Shown here: piece by piece, positions 8,592-18,126 of the stretch
How the letters are laid out: every line of letters starts with the position of its first letter
Numbering within the stretch: position 1 is the stretch's first letter
From: Gammaproteobacteria bacterium
GTDB lineage: Bacteria; Pseudomonadota; Gammaproteobacteria; Xanthomonadales; Marinicellaceae
Assembly (NCBI GenBank): GCA_030426705.1
Contig: JAUHXW010000001.1
Coordinates: forward strand, 1-39,134
Reading direction: 5' to 3'
DNA: 39,134 nucleotides
The notes under the pieces: model-generated
Seen by the model: only the letters and a program-made list of their open reading frames with translations
The model's database searches: none
What the model was told of the DNA's origin: nothing
Made by a program: the position numbers and the translations under genes

Positions 8592-10051
8592 ACAAACATC
8601 CTCTGCAACAGTCCTTTTTTAAATTGGGTGGTTTGGTCTATTTGGTTGGTAAGTTGGTTAATGGATTGGTCGATTGCAGACAGGCAATTGGCTATTTTTT
8701 GTTGTTCTTGAAGACACGGCAGTTTTAATTTGATTTTTCGTAAATCTGTTAAACCAATTCTTTTTCTTGTACTTCCTGTGCTCAACGAAAATGCTTTACC
8801 TCTAAAGTCTCTCCAATTGATAAGTTGTAACATAAAATAAGAGTTACATATTTCTGTATCAGGAACAAACCTAATACCATCTGATGACATCAAATATCTT
8901 TTATCTTTGTTTGGTATTAAACAAGCTCTTGCTACGGGATCACCCATTTTTGAAATTAAAATTTCACCTGGATAAATATTGCAACTTAAAAGCTGGTCTG
9001 CTTTATCTTTACTTGTATATATTTTTGATGATTCATCGAAAAAACCATCTCCAATGTTTTGTAATTGAATAATTCTTACACCATCTTCGGTGTAATCTTT
9101 GGACATTAAGTCTGAACCAAAGGGACCACCAGTAAAGCTCCATTTTTCTTTACTTGCCAAGTCCCCCAACCGCTTCTCTTCCCAATCCGGATAGTTGTTA
9201 CCTATCTCTTCCCCCCTTGAGGGGGGCGCAGGGGGGTGTTCATTCAGGCTGTCGTGATGGATGTTTTTTGATTCGGTTGCTTTGGCTATACAGCTTGTTA
9301 ATTCACCCTGCTTTACACACCCCTGGCCCCTCTCAAGAGGGGAATTGGTTTTTTCTGTTTTTGATTCATCTGGACGGAACCGAATCTCCTGACTAAAGAT
9401 TTTTTGCATCAGGCCTTTTTTGTATTGTTCGAGGGCGGCTTTTTTTAGTTTGAGTAAGGTGATGCGTTGGTCGATGGCGGTGAGGAAGTTGGCGATTTTT
9501 TTTTGTTCTTTTAAACTTGGCAAACAAAACTTAAACTTATTAATTTCTTTTACTGTTAATTGAGGCTGTGCGCTACCAAATGCAACTATTTTAATAAGTT
9601 TAATTAAATTTGATGAAATGAAAATATAAGATAAAAACAAACCATATATATTTTCTTCTTCAGCCCTTAATATAACCATTCCAGAGTTAATTCTTATATG
9701 GTTGTAGTCAACTGTATCATTATAAATCGCTATATTACCTACAGTTCCTCTAGTTGTTAAAACCAAATCATTCCTTTTTAATTTTCCTTTGCTCAATAAT
9801 GCATCTTTTTCTTCTGTTATAAATGCAGTTTCAAAAAACTCAAATCCTCTAGAAGTAACATTTTTTGCATTTAAGAAAAGACAATGTCCTTTTTCATTAA
9901 AATCATTTGTCTTAGGGTAGTTTTTACCTCTATCACCATCAATGACCATGATTTTATGGTTTTTTAGGGTGTTTCGTTCCCAACCATCCTCAAACTCAGA
10001 AAACCTTAACTCCGGTACAAACTGTTGTTTTTCAATCATTTCATCCATCAA
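8588..10051 (-). CDS. hsdS: Type I R-M specificity subunit S with an in-frame repeat insertion
   Basis: VPELRF..W start, two TRDs, two conserved P.L.EQ.KIA..L.AID...KKGL.Q..F helices; ATGA-coupled to hsdM. Confidence 0.95.
   Translation of the reverse strand: MMDEMIEKQQFVPELRFSEFEDGWERNTLKNHKIMVIDGDRGKNYPKTNDFNEKGHCLFLNAKNVTSRGFEFFETAFITEEKDALLSKGKLKRNDLVLTTRGTVGNIAIYNDTVDYNHIRINSGMVILRAEEENIYGLFLSYIFISSNLIKLIKIVAFGSAQPQLTVKEINKFKFCLPSLKEQKKIANFLTAIDQRITLLKLKKAALEQYKKGLMQKIFSQEIRFRPDESKTEKTNSPLERGQGCVKQGELTSCIAKATESKNIHHDSLNEHPPAPPSRGEEIGNNYPDWEEKRLGDLASKEKWSFTGGPFGSDLMSKDYTEDGVRIIQLQNIGDGFFDESSKIYTSKDKADQLLSCNIYPGEILISKMGDPVARACLIPNKDKRYLMSSDGIRFVPDTEICNSYFMLQLINWRDFRGKAFSLSTGSTRKRIGLTDLRKIKLKLPCLQEQQKIANCLSAIDQSINQLTNQIDQTTQFKKGLLQRMFV
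9209..9344. repeat. Inverted REP-like pair (REPIN-like) inside hsdS
   Basis: ttccccccttgaggggggcgcaggggggtgt ... acacacccctggcccctctcaagaggggaa; same family as intergenic copies at ~13222-13250 and ~15314-15344. Confidence 0.9.
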
Positions 10052-11616
10052 AACGGCGTCCCAATCCCCAATTCATCACAAAACTTCTGAATTTCCTTAT
10101 TGGTTTCATCCAGTTCTTTGTCCAATTGTTTCAGTTCTCTTGATACCGCATCTATATCCACTGGCTCTTCTTCCTCGAAGGTATCGACATATCGGGGGAT
10201 ATTGAGGTTGTAGTCGTTTTCGGCGATTTCTTCCAGGCTGGCGATGTGGCTGTATTTATCTTTTGCGGCGCGGTTTCGATAGGTTTCGATAATCAGATCA
10301 ACGTCTTCATCGCGCAGGACGTTTTGGTTGCCTTCCTTGATGTAATGGTCATCACCGCTGGCGTCGATAAAGACGACTTTATCTTCTGGCTGGCGGTTCT
10401 TTTTCAGTACCAGAATACAGGTCGGGATGGATGTGCCGTAGAAGATATTGGCCGGCAAGCCGATGACCGCATCAAGGGCGTTCATTTCTTTGATGATGTA
10501 TTCGCGGATGGTGCCTTCGGCTGCGCCGCGGAACAGTACACCGTGTGGAAAGACCGAGGCCATGATGCCGTTATCGTCTAATTGGTGCAGCATGTGGGTG
10601 AGGAAGGCGTAGTCGGCTTTGGTTTTCGGCGCCAGTCGGCCATAAGGGCTGAAGCGCTCGTCTGAATCATTGAGCGGATTGGCACTGGATTTCCAATGGG
10701 CCGAGAATGGCGGATTAGCCACCACGGCTTCAAATCGTTGGTCGATGTGTTGTGGCTCTTCTAAGGTGTCGGCTTGCTTGATGTCGAAATCACGGTAATG
10801 CACGTCATGTAAGATCATGTTCATGCGTGCCAGGTTATAGGTGGTGCGATTTTGTTCCTGGCCAAAAAACTCCGCGACTTCGGCTTCTCTGGCCACCCGA
10901 AGTAGCAATGAACCAGAACCACAGGTCGGATCATAAACCGAGCGCAATCGGTCTTTACCAGTGGTGACCAGTTTAGCGAGGATTTTTGAAACCTTTTGTG
11001 GTGTATAGAATTCGCCAGCTGACTTGCCTGCGCCAGCTGCGAATTTAGCGATTAAATATTCGTAGGCATCTCCCAAAACATCGGATTCAAGTTCATCGAG
11101 CTGGAAATCAATCTTGCTCAAAAAGCCGAGGATTTCGACCACGATGTCATTGCGTGCCTGTACGGTTCGACCGAGTTTATTGGATTGTAAATCCAGGTCT
11201 TCGAACAGGGCATTGAAGTCTTCTTCAGATTCGGTGTTTCGGGTACTGTCCTCAATGTGGTTCAGTACGGCTTGTAAGTCTTCGAGGATGTAATTGGATT
11301 CACCTTCGACTTTGGACTGGCCTTTGGCCACCAGCACGCGAAACAGTTCATTGGGCGCCAGGTAATAACCAAGTTTCTCTACCGATTCTTCTTCGATGGC
11401 TTGTAAGGTGTCTGAATCAGTGACTTCGGTGTATTCGGTGACGTCTTCGCCTTTGAGTAGTTCATTGGCGTAGAGGTATTGTTTTTCTGAAAGGTATTTA
11501 AAAAAGATAAAGCCAAGGATGTAATCCCGGTAATCATCGGCAGAGATTTTTCCACGGAGTAAATTGGCGATGCCCCAAAGCTGGGTTTCGAGGTTTTTCT
11601 TTTGGTCTTCGGTCAT
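10048..11616 (-). CDS. hsdM: Type I R-M methyltransferase subunit M
   Basis: LWGIANLLRG, GEFYTP, YDPTCGSGSLL (motif I), ANPPF (motif IV), YNLNIPRYV. Confidence 0.98.
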   Translation of the reverse strand: MTEDQKKNLETQLWGIANLLRGKISADDYRDYILGFIFFKYLSEKQYLYANELLKGEDVTEYTEVTDSDTLQAIEEESVEKLGYYLAPNELFRVLVAKGQSKVEGESNYILEDLQAVLNHIEDSTRNTESEEDFNALFEDLDLQSNKLGRTVQARNDIVVEILGFLSKIDFQLDELESDVLGDAYEYLIAKFAAGAGKSAGEFYTPQKVSKILAKLVTTGKDRLRSVYDPTCGSGSLLLRVAREAEVAEFFGQEQNRTTYNLARMNMILHDVHYRDFDIKQADTLEEPQHIDQRFEAVVANPPFSAHWKSSANPLNDSDERFSPYGRLAPKTKADYAFLTHMLHQLDDNGIMASVFPHGVLFRGAAEGTIREYIIKEMNALDAVIGLPANIFYGTSIPTCILVLKKNRQPEDKVVFIDASGDDHYIKEGNQNVLRDEDVDLIIETYRNRAAKDKYSHIASLEEIAENDYNLNIPRYVDTFEEEEPVDIDAVSRELKQLDKELDETNKEIQKFCDELGIGTPF

Positions 11617-11724
11617 TCTGTCCCTGTCCCCTTTAATTGATGTTCTCTCGCCAACAAATATACTTGATGTGGGTTGGTTTTACAATTAAGAACATTAAGG
11701 AACGAATAATAAAACAATAATTTT

Positions 11725-12624
11725 TTATTCAATATCTGCTTCTACTAATTGGCTTAACAACTTTTGTATTTCTTTTGAAACAGATGTGTTTGATTTTATA
11801 ATTTGTTCAACGGATTGCTTATTTTCTTGTTCTTTTTGGTAATTCATGAGATCAACCAGATTTTTTATTTTAGTCTCAATTTCACTTTTCGTTGGCTTTT
11901 GGTTTTCGATTAATTTGTTAAGTTCTGTAATCGCCACATAAAAACTACAACTGTTATGGTACTCGTTGATATCGGATACAGCTTGATTAAATTTATAAGA
12001 CAAATATGGCTCTTTTAAATTCTTTTTTATAACCAGCAGCTGTTGTTTCCTGAGATTTCTTGAAATTGTAATCAAATTAGCAGCCAAACTATCCATAAGA
12101 ATTTCACTGTTCACCAACTCCTTAGATGCGGTAAAAAATGATGCTGCTGCAGACCAATTTGTAGCTGCTGCAACTTTATCAGTAATTGCACCTAACTGAG
12201 AAAATAACAAAGAAGCTCCACCCACCCCTATGTTCCAAACATTACTTTTCATTAGTATTCTGGCGTGATGTAAACCACAAACTTCATTGGAGTAACTGAT
12301 TAGATCAAAAGCAATTGTGTCACGATAAAATTTAAGTTTTTCAAGAAATTCTTTTTTTGGTGTCTGGACATCACATTTATCAGGTTTCGTCTTATGTTTA
12401 ATACAAGCATAGTCTGCTTCTAACTTCATTACTTTATTATGAGCATCGTTATAGGATTTAAACTCAAAAGTATTTTTTAAAGTATCTTCTGATTTTCTAC
12501 TAATATAAGTTTCTTCCGGATTAATTTTACCTATCGCATAATTATTGACTGGTTTTAGTTGAGAACATCCAGTAATCAATGAAATAACTACTACAACCAA
12601 TAAATAACATAGTTTGATTTTCAT
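11725..12624 (-). CDS. Hypothetical lipoprotein
   Basis: Signal peptide ending in lipobox-like ITGC; central hydrophobic Ala/Gly-rich hairpin; coiled-coil-like C-terminus; AT-rich. Confidence 0.75.
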   Translation of the reverse strand: MKIKLCYLLVVVVISLITGCSQLKPVNNYAIGKINPEETYISRKSEDTLKNTFEFKSYNDAHNKVMKLEADYACIKHKTKPDKCDVQTPKKEFLEKLKFYRDTIAFDLISYSNEVCGLHHARILMKSNVWNIGVGGASLLFSQLGAITDKVAAATNWSAAASFFTASKELVNSEILMDSLAANLITISRNLRKQQLLVIKKNLKEPYLSYKFNQAVSDINEYHNSCSFYVAITELNKLIENQKPTKSEIETKIKNLVDLMNYQKEQENKQSVEQIIKSNTSVSKEIQKLLSQLVEADIE

Positions 12625-12804
12625 AAAGCCCCCTTTATTTATTTTTACAGTTTTTCAAAATAATCTAAAAAAGTCGAATAAACAAGTATTTTGTCATTTT
12701 TTGTATGTTTTTAAGTCTTTATTAAATTAAATGCTTGTTTCTGGAGTTTTTGATTACGTTTCTTGGGGGGTTAGATACTTTCATAAGATACAAAGGGACA
12801 TTTG

Positions 12805-13277
12805 GCGCTGCGCGGTTTGCTACGCAAACAAAGACACTGGATGCCGGATCGGGGTCCGGCATGACGGGAATTGAAAGACTTTACACACCCTTTAATCCTC
12901 GGCAACTGCTCCTGCATTGCCCTAACTACCTACAATCCCTGCAGGGGCCTCTCTAGAGGGGAGATTTAGGCGCTTCGCGGTTTGCTGCGCAAACTGGGTC
13001 CCCGGATCAAGAGCAGGCTAAACAAGATTGGCGGTTTTTACAAAGTAAAAGACGACTGTATGGATGCAGGAGTTAGGGGCGAGACAGGATCAGAGACCGA
13101 AGACTGTCTTGTGTGCCGTAGCTCGTCCGAGGACGACGATATATACGGATCGGGGTCCGGCATGAAGGTAGGTGAGGATATTACAAATCGGGGTTCGGCA
13201 TGACGGAAACTGAAAGACTTTACACACCCCCTGCCCCTCTCAAGAGGGGAACTTAAAGAGAATGCCGGCGGTCCATT
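12805..13277. repeat. Mosaic of nested REP-like repeats; 12961-13277 is a direct repeat of 15140-15381
   Basis: Repeated blocks gcgctgcgcggtttgc, ccggatcggggtccggcatgac, gactttacacacccc...ctctcaagagggga, gccggcggtcca. Confidence 0.9.
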
Positions 13278-13395
13278 GTTCACTTGACTTTCTCTTTGTT
13301 ACGCTGTTGTGTTGTTCTTTCCTTACTCTTGGGGTTTATATTTTATTTTGCCTGGGTCATAATGATTGGCATTGTTTCAAAATAGGGGGGAAATT

Positions 13396-14982
13396 ATGCA
13401 AAAAGTTTTGACTTGGGTGGTTTTGTGTTTGGTTTGTGGTGCTGCTTCGGCTGGTGGTGCTTTGAATTTGGTGGTTAACGGAACTTTGGATGAACCTGAT
13501 GAGGTGATTGATGGGGTTTGTGACACCATAAGTAATGTTTGCACTTTACGGGCTGCATTGATGGAGGCCAATCAGCACAATGGTGGCACGACTCACATAT
13601 CTTTTAACATCAATGATCCTGGCTGTCACAATGAGGTTTGTGTGATTCAGGTTAATCAAGGCACATTGGGTCATTTGCCTGATATTGTTAAACCTGTAAA
13701 TATCGATGGCTCTACCCAGCCTAATAATTCTGGGGTTTGTGATTTACCCATTGCGTCAAGGCCTGACTACAAGATTGTGCTACAGGGCCAATCGACTGAA
13801 GTTGGGCTGCGATTAGAAGCAGGATCTGATGGTTCGGTCATTCGTGGTTTAAATATTCGTAATTTCTTCAACAACCTGGTTATTTTCAAAAGTAATGATA
13901 ACCGCGTTGAATGTAATTTTATTGGCACCGATGAAACGGGTATGGCCAGTTCCGGTAACAATCCAGCCAATGGTCTGTTATTTGGTTGTGACAGCTCAGG
14001 AAATGTCATCGGCGGTTCTGCTGCTGCTGATGGTAATTTGATTGCAGCACAAGATTCAGACAGTATTCAATTTTATGCGGGCTTTACTTGTACGCCCAAC
14101 GATCAACTCCCTCATCACAATGCGATTTTGGGCAATTATATTGGCACCATGAAAGATGGCGTTACGCCATTGGGGAGTGTGTATTCAGGTATTTCATTTT
14201 TCGGAGGTGCTGCTCATAACAACTTCATTGGTTCACTGCAAGATGGCAGCACCATTCTTGGCAATGTGATTGGCAATCATGAGTCAGGCATTTATATCGC
14301 TGATGGCACCAATAATACCTTAATCGTAGGTAATTATATCGGCACAGACCCTTCAGGTTCGGCAGATTTGGGGCATGTATTTGGCGGTGTGGACATTATC
14401 GATGGTTATGACAATCAAGTCGGCGGTGCATTACCTGGTGAAGGTAATTTGGTTGCTTATAATTCTGAAGGCGTGTTTGTTACAGATTTGAGTTCTTTTG
14501 GTAATCAAATTCGTGGTAATGATTATTTAAATAATTTGACTGCTGAGGTTGATGTCATTGCTGATGGCGGGATTGATCCTGATGGCTTAAACCCGAATGA
14601 TACCGATGATGCTGATGTGGGTACCAATTTACTGATGAATCATCCGGTGATTACTGCGACCAGTTTTATCGACGTTTCAGGTGATTTATTCAGTGAAGTT
14701 GAGTTTTCAGTCGATGCGAGTTTGGCCAATGCGGCCTATCCGATTGAGATTGATGCTTATTTCAATGATGAGCCAGGCTTGGTTGATAAAGCGGTATATA
14801 CAGATTCACAGACCTATGTGTTTCCTCAACAGTCAACCATGGCCGTGTTTGATATTCCTGATGGCATTACCGGCGGTGAACTGCGCCTAGTGGCTACTGA
14901 TGCCGATGGCAACAGTTCTGAGTTATCGCCCCCTTTTATCGTGGGAATTGTTGATTTGATTTTTAAGGATGGATTTGATTGA
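13396..14982 (+). CDS. Secreted CSLREA-like / right-handed beta-helix repeat protein with DLIFKDGFD tail
   Basis: Signal peptide from ATG 13396 (GGGGGG RBS); DGVCD...CTLRAALMEAN; repeated GN[YF]IGT motifs; GNSSELS near the end. Confidence 0.85.
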   Translation: MQKVLTWVVLCLVCGAASAGGALNLVVNGTLDEPDEVIDGVCDTISNVCTLRAALMEANQHNGGTTHISFNINDPGCHNEVCVIQVNQGTLGHLPDIVKPVNIDGSTQPNNSGVCDLPIASRPDYKIVLQGQSTEVGLRLEAGSDGSVIRGLNIRNFFNNLVIFKSNDNRVECNFIGTDETGMASSGNNPANGLLFGCDSSGNVIGGSAAADGNLIAAQDSDSIQFYAGFTCTPNDQLPHHNAILGNYIGTMKDGVTPLGSVYSGISFFGGAAHNNFIGSLQDGSTILGNVIGNHESGIYIADGTNNTLIVGNYIGTDPSGSADLGHVFGGVDIIDGYDNQVGGALPGEGNLVAYNSEGVFVTDLSSFGNQIRGNDYLNNLTAEVDVIADGGIDPDGLNPNDTDDADVGTNLLMNHPVITATSFIDVSGDLFSEVEFSVDASLANAAYPIEIDAYFNDEPGLVDKAVYTDSQTYVFPQQSTMAVFDIPDGITGGELRLVATDADGNSSELSPPFIVGIVDLIFKDGFD

Positions 14983-15029
14983 GTTAAATTTCATTCATCA
15001 TTTCAAAATCTCCTAAGCAGAATCGCGTT

Positions 15030-15530
15030 GGCTGAGCGGAGTCGAAGTCTTAGCGATTCTATGTGGTTCACTTTGACTTAGTCCAGGCTATCCTCTCTTG
15101 CTTTGAAATTCAGCTTGTCGCTCAGTGAACAGTCAAAAAGAGATTTAGCGCTGCGCGGTTTGCTTTGCAAACTGGGTCCCCGGATCAAGAGCAGGCTAAA
15201 CAAGATTGGCGGTTTTTACAAAGTAAAAGAAGACTGTCTTGTGTGCCGTAGCTCGTCCGAGTACGACGATATGTTCGGATATGGGTCTGGCATGACGGAA
15301 ACTGAAAAACTTTACACACCCCCTGCCCCCCTCTCAAGAGGGGAGACTTAGGAGTTTGCCGGCGAGCCGCCGGCGGTCCATTTGGGTAGTTGGCTTTAGC
15401 CGACCTGATGGTTTAACTGGGTTGACTGAAGTCAACTACCCTGAGGAACTTTTTTGCGCTGCGCGGTTTGCGGTGCAAACAAAGACGCTGGCAGTCGTGT
15501 TGTACTAATTAACATCCATGTCAATCGCCT
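15030..15530. repeat. Second mosaic of nested REP-like repeats
   Basis: Near-identical to 12961-13277 over 15140-15381; also ggctgagcggagtcgaag...cgctcag and ggtagttggctttagccgacc...ggttgactgaagtcaactacc pairs. Confidence 0.85.
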
Positions 15531-15627
15531 TTCGGGTTGCTACGTATCAAAAAATGGCTTTCCTGCCATTTTTTCATGCTACTTGGAGAGCTGTGAGCAG
15601 CTCTCCTGAGTTAATAGACTCTATTAC

Positions 15628-16710
15628 TTATTCGATACCAGAATAAAAAATCACATCTCTGATACGGTCGTCGAACTTAATTCGACCGCTAAACGAGCCG
15701 TTAGAATTACCACAACTCAAATTATAAGCAAAATCAAGCTTTAAAATTTCACCAGCGGCATCTCGCAACACTTCAAAAACTTCAAATCCACCGACAAAAC
15801 TACAACTTCTGCTGTTATAGTGGACATCCATAGCTGGTTCTTCAACTTCTTGATGGTTATAGCTAATGACGTTCTCATAGACTCCAACTTCTAAAGGCAT
15901 ACCAAAAGGCATGGCTAGATAGATATTGAGAAAACTTTCACTGTTATGAAATGAAAATTGAATAGCTTCAAAGGTATTTCTTAAGACTCTGAACCTTCCA
16001 TTTAACATAGAATATTCTCGGTATATCCCTTCTCCAAGGAAGTCATCAATATCACTGTCTATAAGTACACTCGCTTCTGTGTAAATGTGATCACAAGCAT
16101 CGCCTAGTAAATCTTGGTCACTGTCTGATTGGTCCGCATTTGCTTTAGAGATACAGTTATCATAAGAGTCGGGGACGCCATCGCTGTCAGTATCTGGTGG
16201 TGTAGGAAACGGTTCCCCATTTGAAAAATATCTAAAAACACCATTAAGTGCGGGTGCTTCAATGGATTCACAATGTTGAGAAAAATCTACGGCTAATCGG
16301 GTGACTTGATTGCCATTCAACTCCAGCTCCAGCAGTTGAAATTCGCCAAAGTTTCTGTCGCAATTAGGGGTTTCATAAAATGAAGCATGGAGCCCAGGTT
16401 GTGCAAATGAATTGCCTAAATTTGTTATATTTGGATATGGACCAATGATAAATTCTCTACCAGTTCTGGGGCTGATGGCAAAATAAAAAACCAATTGATT
16501 ATTCTGAACAAATTCAATAGAAATCCATTCCAAAAAACCATCTTGAGTCTGCTGTTTACTGACATAGAAATCACCATCAGCCTCAGTATAAGAATAAGAT
16601 AGTCCCTGACCAACAACATCTCCTGGCTCACTTTCAAGCTCTAACAAAATCTGTTGCGCACCCACTGTATTGGCGATCAAAACCAGCAACAAAATACATT
16701 TAAACTTCAT
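15628..16710 (-). CDS. Secreted protein with thrombospondin type-3 Ca-binding repeats between two similar domains; DVIFYSGIE tail
   Basis: Signal peptide; DTDSDGVPDSYDNC...NADQSDSDQDLLGDACD; ESEPGDVVGQG versus DSDIDDFLGEG domain starts. Confidence 0.8.
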   Translation of the reverse strand: MKFKCILLLVLIANTVGAQQILLELESEPGDVVGQGLSYSYTEADGDFYVSKQQTQDGFLEWISIEFVQNNQLVFYFAISPRTGREFIIGPYPNITNLGNSFAQPGLHASFYETPNCDRNFGEFQLLELELNGNQVTRLAVDFSQHCESIEAPALNGVFRYFSNGEPFPTPPDTDSDGVPDSYDNCISKANADQSDSDQDLLGDACDHIYTEASVLIDSDIDDFLGEGIYREYSMLNGRFRVLRNTFEAIQFSFHNSESFLNIYLAMPFGMPLEVGVYENVISYNHQEVEEPAMDVHYNSRSCSFVGGFEVFEVLRDAAGEILKLDFAYNLSCGNSNGSFSGRIKFDDRIRDVIFYSGIE

Positions 16711-16761
16711 AACACTCTAAAAACTATTGTCCATTAAAAATAGATTTCAATCATTTAAAAT

Positions 16762-18126
16762 TTATGATTGATGATAAAAATCCTTGATCGAAAAGGCCAA
16801 TTCCAAGGCTTGTTCGTAGTTTAAGCGCGGATCCACCTGAGTGGTGTAGGCTTTGCTTAAATCGGCTTCTTGCAGGGCTCTGGCGCCGCCGAGGCATTCG
16901 GTGACGTTTTCACCGGTTAATTCCAGATGTACGCCGCCGAGGTGTGAGCCGTTGGCTTTGTGGATTTTGAAGGATAGTTCGACTTCTTTGCTGATGTTTT
17001 CAAAGCGGCGGGTTTTGTAGCCGTTTGAAGTGGCTTCGGTGTTGCCATGCATGGGGTCGGCACACCAGACTACATCCAGGTCAGCCTTTTGTGCTGTTTC
17101 AATCAATCGTGGCAAGTTGGCTTCGATGTTTTTGGCGCCAAAGCGATGGATCAAGGTTAATTTACCGGCTTCATTGTTTGGATTCAGCGTGCGACACAGT
17201 TCAACCAGATGCTCGCTGTCGGTTTCTGATCCAATTTTCACCCCGACAGGATTTTCGATGCCGCGCAGTAATTCCACATGGGCGCTGTCGATTTGATTGG
17301 TTCGGAGGCCAATCCAGGGAAAGTGTGCGCTTAAATTAAAGTAACCTGATTGTCTGGGCACTGTGCGGGTCAAAGCCTGCTCATAATGCAAATGCAGGGC
17401 TTCGTGAGCCGCAAAAAACTCCACACTGGACAGGTTATTGACCTGACGACCCACCAATACTTCGGCAAAGTTAATCGATTCTTTGATTTTACTGACCAGA
17501 TTATGGAATTTATCGGCATTGGGTGAATGTTTAACCCAGGCCAAATCCCAATACTCAGGATGCCTGATGTCAGCAAAGCCACCATCAACCAGTGCGCGAA
17601 TAAAGTTCATGGTCATCGCTGAGTAGTGATAGGCTTCCAGCATTTTATCCGGATTGGGAATTCTGGCTGCTTCGGTGAAAGCGTTTTCATTAACGATGTC
17701 GCCACGGAATGAAGGCAAACTGACGCCATCACGGGTTTCCAGGTCGGCCGAACGTGGTTTGGCGTATTGGCCGGCAAAACGACCTACCCTGACCACGGGA
17801 ATTTGGCAACCGTGAATCAACACCAGACTCATTTGAATCAATACTTTCAGACGGTTGGAGATGATGGATGAATTACAATCGGCAAAGCTTTCTGCACAAT
17901 CACCACCTTGCACCAAAAAGCGTTCTCCTCTGGATACTTCCGCCAAATATTTTTTCAAGCGTTTGATTTCCCATGACGTCACCAATGGTGGCAGCGACGA
18001 TAATTTGTCCAATGCTTGTTGCAAATGCACCTGATCTGGGTAATTGGCTTGCTGACGGATGGCTTTTTGTTTCCAGCTGTCTAGGCTCCAATTATCTTCT
18101 TGTGGGTTATTTTTTAGCGATTTCAT
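16762..18126 (-). CDS. Class II DAHP synthase (3-deoxy-7-phosphoheptulonate synthase)
   Basis: QGGDCAESF, GRFAGQYAKPRS, DPMHGNT, GGVHLELTG, DPRLN motifs. Confidence 0.97.
   Translation of the reverse strand: MKSLKNNPQEDNWSLDSWKQKAIRQQANYPDQVHLQQALDKLSSLPPLVTSWEIKRLKKYLAEVSRGERFLVQGGDCAESFADCNSSIISNRLKVLIQMSLVLIHGCQIPVVRVGRFAGQYAKPRSADLETRDGVSLPSFRGDIVNENAFTEAARIPNPDKMLEAYHYSAMTMNFIRALVDGGFADIRHPEYWDLAWVKHSPNADKFHNLVSKIKESINFAEVLVGRQVNNLSSVEFFAAHEALHLHYEQALTRTVPRQSGYFNLSAHFPWIGLRTNQIDSAHVELLRGIENPVGVKIGSETDSEHLVELCRTLNPNNEAGKLTLIHRFGAKNIEANLPRLIETAQKADLDVVWCADPMHGNTEATSNGYKTRRFENISKEVELSFKIHKANGSHLGGVHLELTGENVTECLGGARALQEADLSKAYTTQVDPRLNYEQALELAFSIKDFYHQS

Noticed and set aside
12735-13283. 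Small ORFs 12735-12956, 12982-13203, 13038-13283 and the similar 15103-15351
   Set aside because: Translations of the repeat mosaic; their mutual similarity is explained by DNA repeats
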